17,211 nucleotides of DNA from Promethearchaeota archaeon (GTDB lineage: Archaea > Asgardarchaeota > Lokiarchaeia > Sigyniarchaeales > SOKP01). Of this stretch, positions 14,320 to 17,211 are shown in pieces. The notes below the pieces were generated by a model. It made no database searches, had not been told where the DNA came from, and was given only the letters and a program-made list of their open reading frames with translations. The position numbers were made by a program, and so were the translations under genes. The stretch covers positions 1-17,211 of the forward strand of contig JAEOTA010000026.1 in assembly GCA_016840085.1 (NCBI GenBank), written 5' to 3'. Within the stretch, counting starts at the first letter, position 1. Each line of letters starts with the position of its first letter.

Positions 14320-16683
14320 TTAATAAAAATTTTCATAATCTTTGTATTGGTGCTCCCTCATACTTAATTTAGTCTTATATTTCCATACTGTGGATCTGAA
14401 ATCTTCATCAAGTACGCGAATTCTAAGCTTCTTGATAGATTCTCCAGACCAATTCTCCAATTCATCCAAATTGTTAATTTTTCTAGTTCTGACAGCTTCC
14501 CGTATTATTTCTGCGTTTCTAAAGCCCAATCGATACAATTCTTCAAGTCTCTCTTCAAGCTTTTTTACTGTAGCAGGACGATCTTTCCATCGTTCTAAAG
14601 TAGCTTGAAGTCCTGAAATCATATTATGTGAAATATAACCTCGATTTTCAATTACTCTTTTAGGAACAAATGCATGGTTTTTACGTTCATCATTCTCTGG
14701 GTTATAATCCATATGATGATAGCCTAATGTCTCTCCTCTTTTTAAAAGCTCAATTAGGTCAGTACCATCGAATGATGAAAAACCTCTCATTTCGCAGAAA
14801 TTGTTAAATCTTGCCTTAATTGACCTAAAATTTTCTCCGTATAATGATTCAGTTAATTTCTTTTTTTGTCTAGCCCTTCTTAATGAATCAAATTTTACTA
14901 ATAGCCTTTCTTGGGTATATTTTTCAAGACTTTTTTTAGCTTCGTGTCTAGAATTGTTAGGAATATATTTTTCAATAAAATTATTAAATCTACTAATAAT
15001 TTTATTAAACGTTTTTCTTTGAACGAATTTAGTATTTCTTTTTAATAAATAAAGAATAACACTTGGTTTAAGATTTTCTTTACTTAACTCATAAATCTTT
15101 AGATTCTTCACAAAACTAATTGGATCTAGGGCTGATAATTCAAACATTGATAAGATCAATTTTCCCTCTAAATAAGAAGGATTCTCTTTAATAATTTCTC
15201 TTAATTGGCTTTTGAATATTTCTCTATCATAGTTATGTTGAAATGGAAATAAAATTAGTTCATTTAAAAATTTCTGAAAATCACGAATTGTTTTTGAGAA
15301 ATAAGTTGGATTTAAATTAAAATCTACCAACTCTTCCTGAATTTTAGATTGAGTTAGATTTGTAATATTTTCATTTATTAAGCTAGAGAAAAATATTAAT
15401 GTAGCAGCTAAATATTTTGGATGCTTAATTTGAAATGTATCTATATTAAAATCATTTTTACTTGCCTGATTATATAGATTAACGCATTTCTCTTTTATAC
15501 TCTCAAATGGTAATTCTAATATTTCTATTCCTTCATCTACATATTCAATTAATTTATCATAATAAACATTATTATCAATTACACCATCTGGAACAGTAGG
15601 TTCATAATCTGAAATATTTATTTTATTAAAATAAATTTTATAAAGAAATTTTATTAAAACACTCAAATTCCCAAGATTGATTATTATTCTGCTTTCAGTA
15701 TTTAGTTTATTAATGAAATCAGTTTGAGTTAAATTCACAAAAGAGTTAATGATATAGAATAATAATGCTGAAGCGAAATATTTCGGATTTTTTGAATTTT
15801 TAGGTATATCCGAATACTTTATTTTCTGAATGATATTATTATAGTGGTAGATAATCATTTCTCTAAATTTTTCAAAGTTTTTTAAATGAAAAGTATTGAG
15901 AAATATATTAAGAAAATATTTAAAATCTACAAAATATTTTCCTTTTAAATCTGAATAAGCATAGTCCTTATAAGGAATCTCATAATAATCTCTATAAGTT
16001 TTTTTAAATTTGCTTAAAAACCATAATTTTCTATATCGTTTGAATGTACTCTCACTTAAATTTTGAGAATCAAGATTAATTGACGGTTTTCGACTAACAT
16101 AATTTATCCACATATTAAATGTGATAGGTATATTGTTTGAAATCTCTTCCAAATTTTCGTTTAAAAAATCCGAGATATAATATTGAATAGTTCCGTTTAT
16201 CCTACATTTCCTCTGAAACCACTTAACGTTGTCATTAACATCTAAATTATTAACTACTTCATCCATAAAGACGTGTCTTTCTTTTAGTTTAAATTCGTTA
16301 TTAATATTTATAAAGGTCTTGGTTTGCTCACTTTTTGATTTTTTTCGCGAATATTGATTAATAAATCCCGTCTTAATTTCAGTAAAATTGATATCATGAT
16401 CAACAGAAAATTCCAAACAATCTTTATCTTTATCGTAAAGAAACTCATTGGATATTTTTCTCTTTAAATACCTATTTAATATTAACTTTTTGACTCCAAT
16501 ATCATAATCCCAACCCCCTTTCACGTAATTCTGTGTATGCTTTTTAAAATCCTCTCCTAATAAAGAAATTAAATCTTTTGTTTGAAGTTTGCTTAAAACA
16601 GATATAAGCTTAGTTTTATCTTCTTCACTAAGCTTATCTTTTCGAATGATTTTTATTATTGTTGCTTTTTCTTTTATGGTCAA
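14320..16683 (-). CDS. Large hypothetical protein with two TFB/cyclin-fold-like repeats and a C-terminal HNH-like motif
   Basis: 787-aa ORF; internal repeat KNPKYFASALLFY...NLTQTDF / KHPKYLAATLIFF...NLTQSKI; C-terminal YHHMDYNPENDERKNHAFV...SH. The ORF is secure; the domain calls are by eye. Confidence 0.6.
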   Translation of the reverse strand: MTIKEKATIIKIIRKDKLSEEDKTKLISVLSKLQTKDLISLLGEDFKKHTQNYVKGGWDYDIGVKKLILNRYLKRKISNEFLYDKDKDCLEFSVDHDINFTEIKTGFINQYSRKKSKSEQTKTFININNEFKLKERHVFMDEVVNNLDVNDNVKWFQRKCRINGTIQYYISDFLNENLEEISNNIPITFNMWINYVSRKPSINLDSQNLSESTFKRYRKLWFLSKFKKTYRDYYEIPYKDYAYSDLKGKYFVDFKYFLNIFLNTFHLKNFEKFREMIIYHYNNIIQKIKYSDIPKNSKNPKYFASALLFYIINSFVNLTQTDFINKLNTESRIIINLGNLSVLIKFLYKIYFNKINISDYEPTVPDGVIDNNVYYDKLIEYVDEGIEILELPFESIKEKCVNLYNQASKNDFNIDTFQIKHPKYLAATLIFFSSLINENITNLTQSKIQEELVDFNLNPTYFSKTIRDFQKFLNELILFPFQHNYDREIFKSQLREIIKENPSYLEGKLILSMFELSALDPISFVKNLKIYELSKENLKPSVILYLLKRNTKFVQRKTFNKIISRFNNFIEKYIPNNSRHEAKKSLEKYTQERLLVKFDSLRRARQKKKLTESLYGENFRSIKARFNNFCEMRGFSSFDGTDLIELLKRGETLGYHHMDYNPENDERKNHAFVPKRVIENRGYISHNMISGLQATLERWKDRPATVKKLEERLEELYRLGFRNAEIIREAVRTRKINNLDELENWSGESIKKLRIRVLDEDFRSTVWKYKTKLSMREHQYKDYENFY

Positions 16684-16722
16684 AATCGTATTGTTATATA
16701 AATTCTCCTTTAAAATCTCCTT

Positions 16723-17211
16723 TTAATTTTGAAAATCAGGATTATTTTCATTAAAAATTTTTAGTAAAATGTAGTTCTTTTTTATTTCAACTAATTGATG
16801 AGCTATTTTTTTTACTACTCTTCTTCCTTCAGGAATTAAACTTTTTTCATAGTTTCGACGTTTATATTCCTTATAAATTGCTATAGAATGTTTTAATTCT
16901 TTAAAAAAATCATCAAATCTCGGATTATGTTCTTTTAATTGCTTAATTAAAAGCTTATTGTTATTGGTGAAATGATGAATTAAAAATTGTAGTTCTTCTT
17001 TAATTTCTCTAGAGATCTCTTGGTCTGTTGACTCCTCAATATGATTTTTCATAAATATTGCCCATTCTTGGGATACACTATTCTTTTCTAAAGAATCATA
17101 TGAAATTCCTTCTTTCTTGAATTGTTCTAATCTGTGAGAAATATTTAATAAAAATCTATTGGTTTTGTGTGAGATTTGTAGCATAGCTACTCTTTTACCA
17201 GCTCTCCTCAC
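16723..17211 (-). CDS. Hypothetical protein, C-terminal part (runs off the window edge)
   Basis: Open frame to the last base; charged, probably helical; no recognisable motif; co-directional with the 787-aa gene and 39 nt from it. Confidence 0.65.
   Translation of the reverse strand: MRRAGKRVAMLQISHKTNRFLLNISHRLEQFKKEGISYDSLEKNSVSQEWAIFMKNHIEESTDQEISREIKEELQFLIHHFTNNNKLLIKQLKEHNPRFDDFFKELKHSIAIYKEYKRRNYEKSLIPEGRRVVKKIAHQLVEIKKNYILLKIFNENNPDFQN

Noticed and set aside
14342-15022. Plus-strand ORFs 14342-14608 and 14801-15022 as possible antitoxin/immunity genes
   Set aside because: Antisense shadows of the 787-aa ORF; their S/L/F-rich composition is what the reverse complement of K/E-rich codons gives.
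17209-17211. GTG as the true start of the last ORF
   Set aside because: It coincides with the window edge, so the gene probably continues beyond it.

Overview
AT-rich archaeal DNA, most consistent with an Asgard archaeon of the Lokiarchaeia type. This is inferred from a eukaryote-like Rpn11/CSN5-type JAMM protein, a RING protein, archaeal cofactor genes and GGTG-type SD motifs. Left to right: (1) a JAMM/MPN+ isopeptidase overlapping a ~6-TM membrane protein with a C-terminal RING-like finger; (2) mptA, divergent from an amidohydrolase-arfC(ribD reductase)-cofG-cofH operon for pterin, riboflavin-precursor and F420 (FO) synthesis; (3) a Glu/Leu/Phe/Val dehydrogenase-CBS fusion lacking the glutamate-specificity residues; (4) an ABM-fold protein; (5) DUF1464 coupled to a dihydropteroate-synthase-like gene; (6) a reverse rubrerythrin; (7) a glycyl-radical activase with no partner in the window; (8) two hypothetical genes, one combining TFB/cyclin-like repeats with an HNH-like motif. 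Two conserved genes (mptA, DHPS-like) can only be full length if they start at a non-canonical codon (ATT/ATA). No RNA genes, CRISPR arrays or transposases were seen. All family assignments are by motif recognition, not database search.
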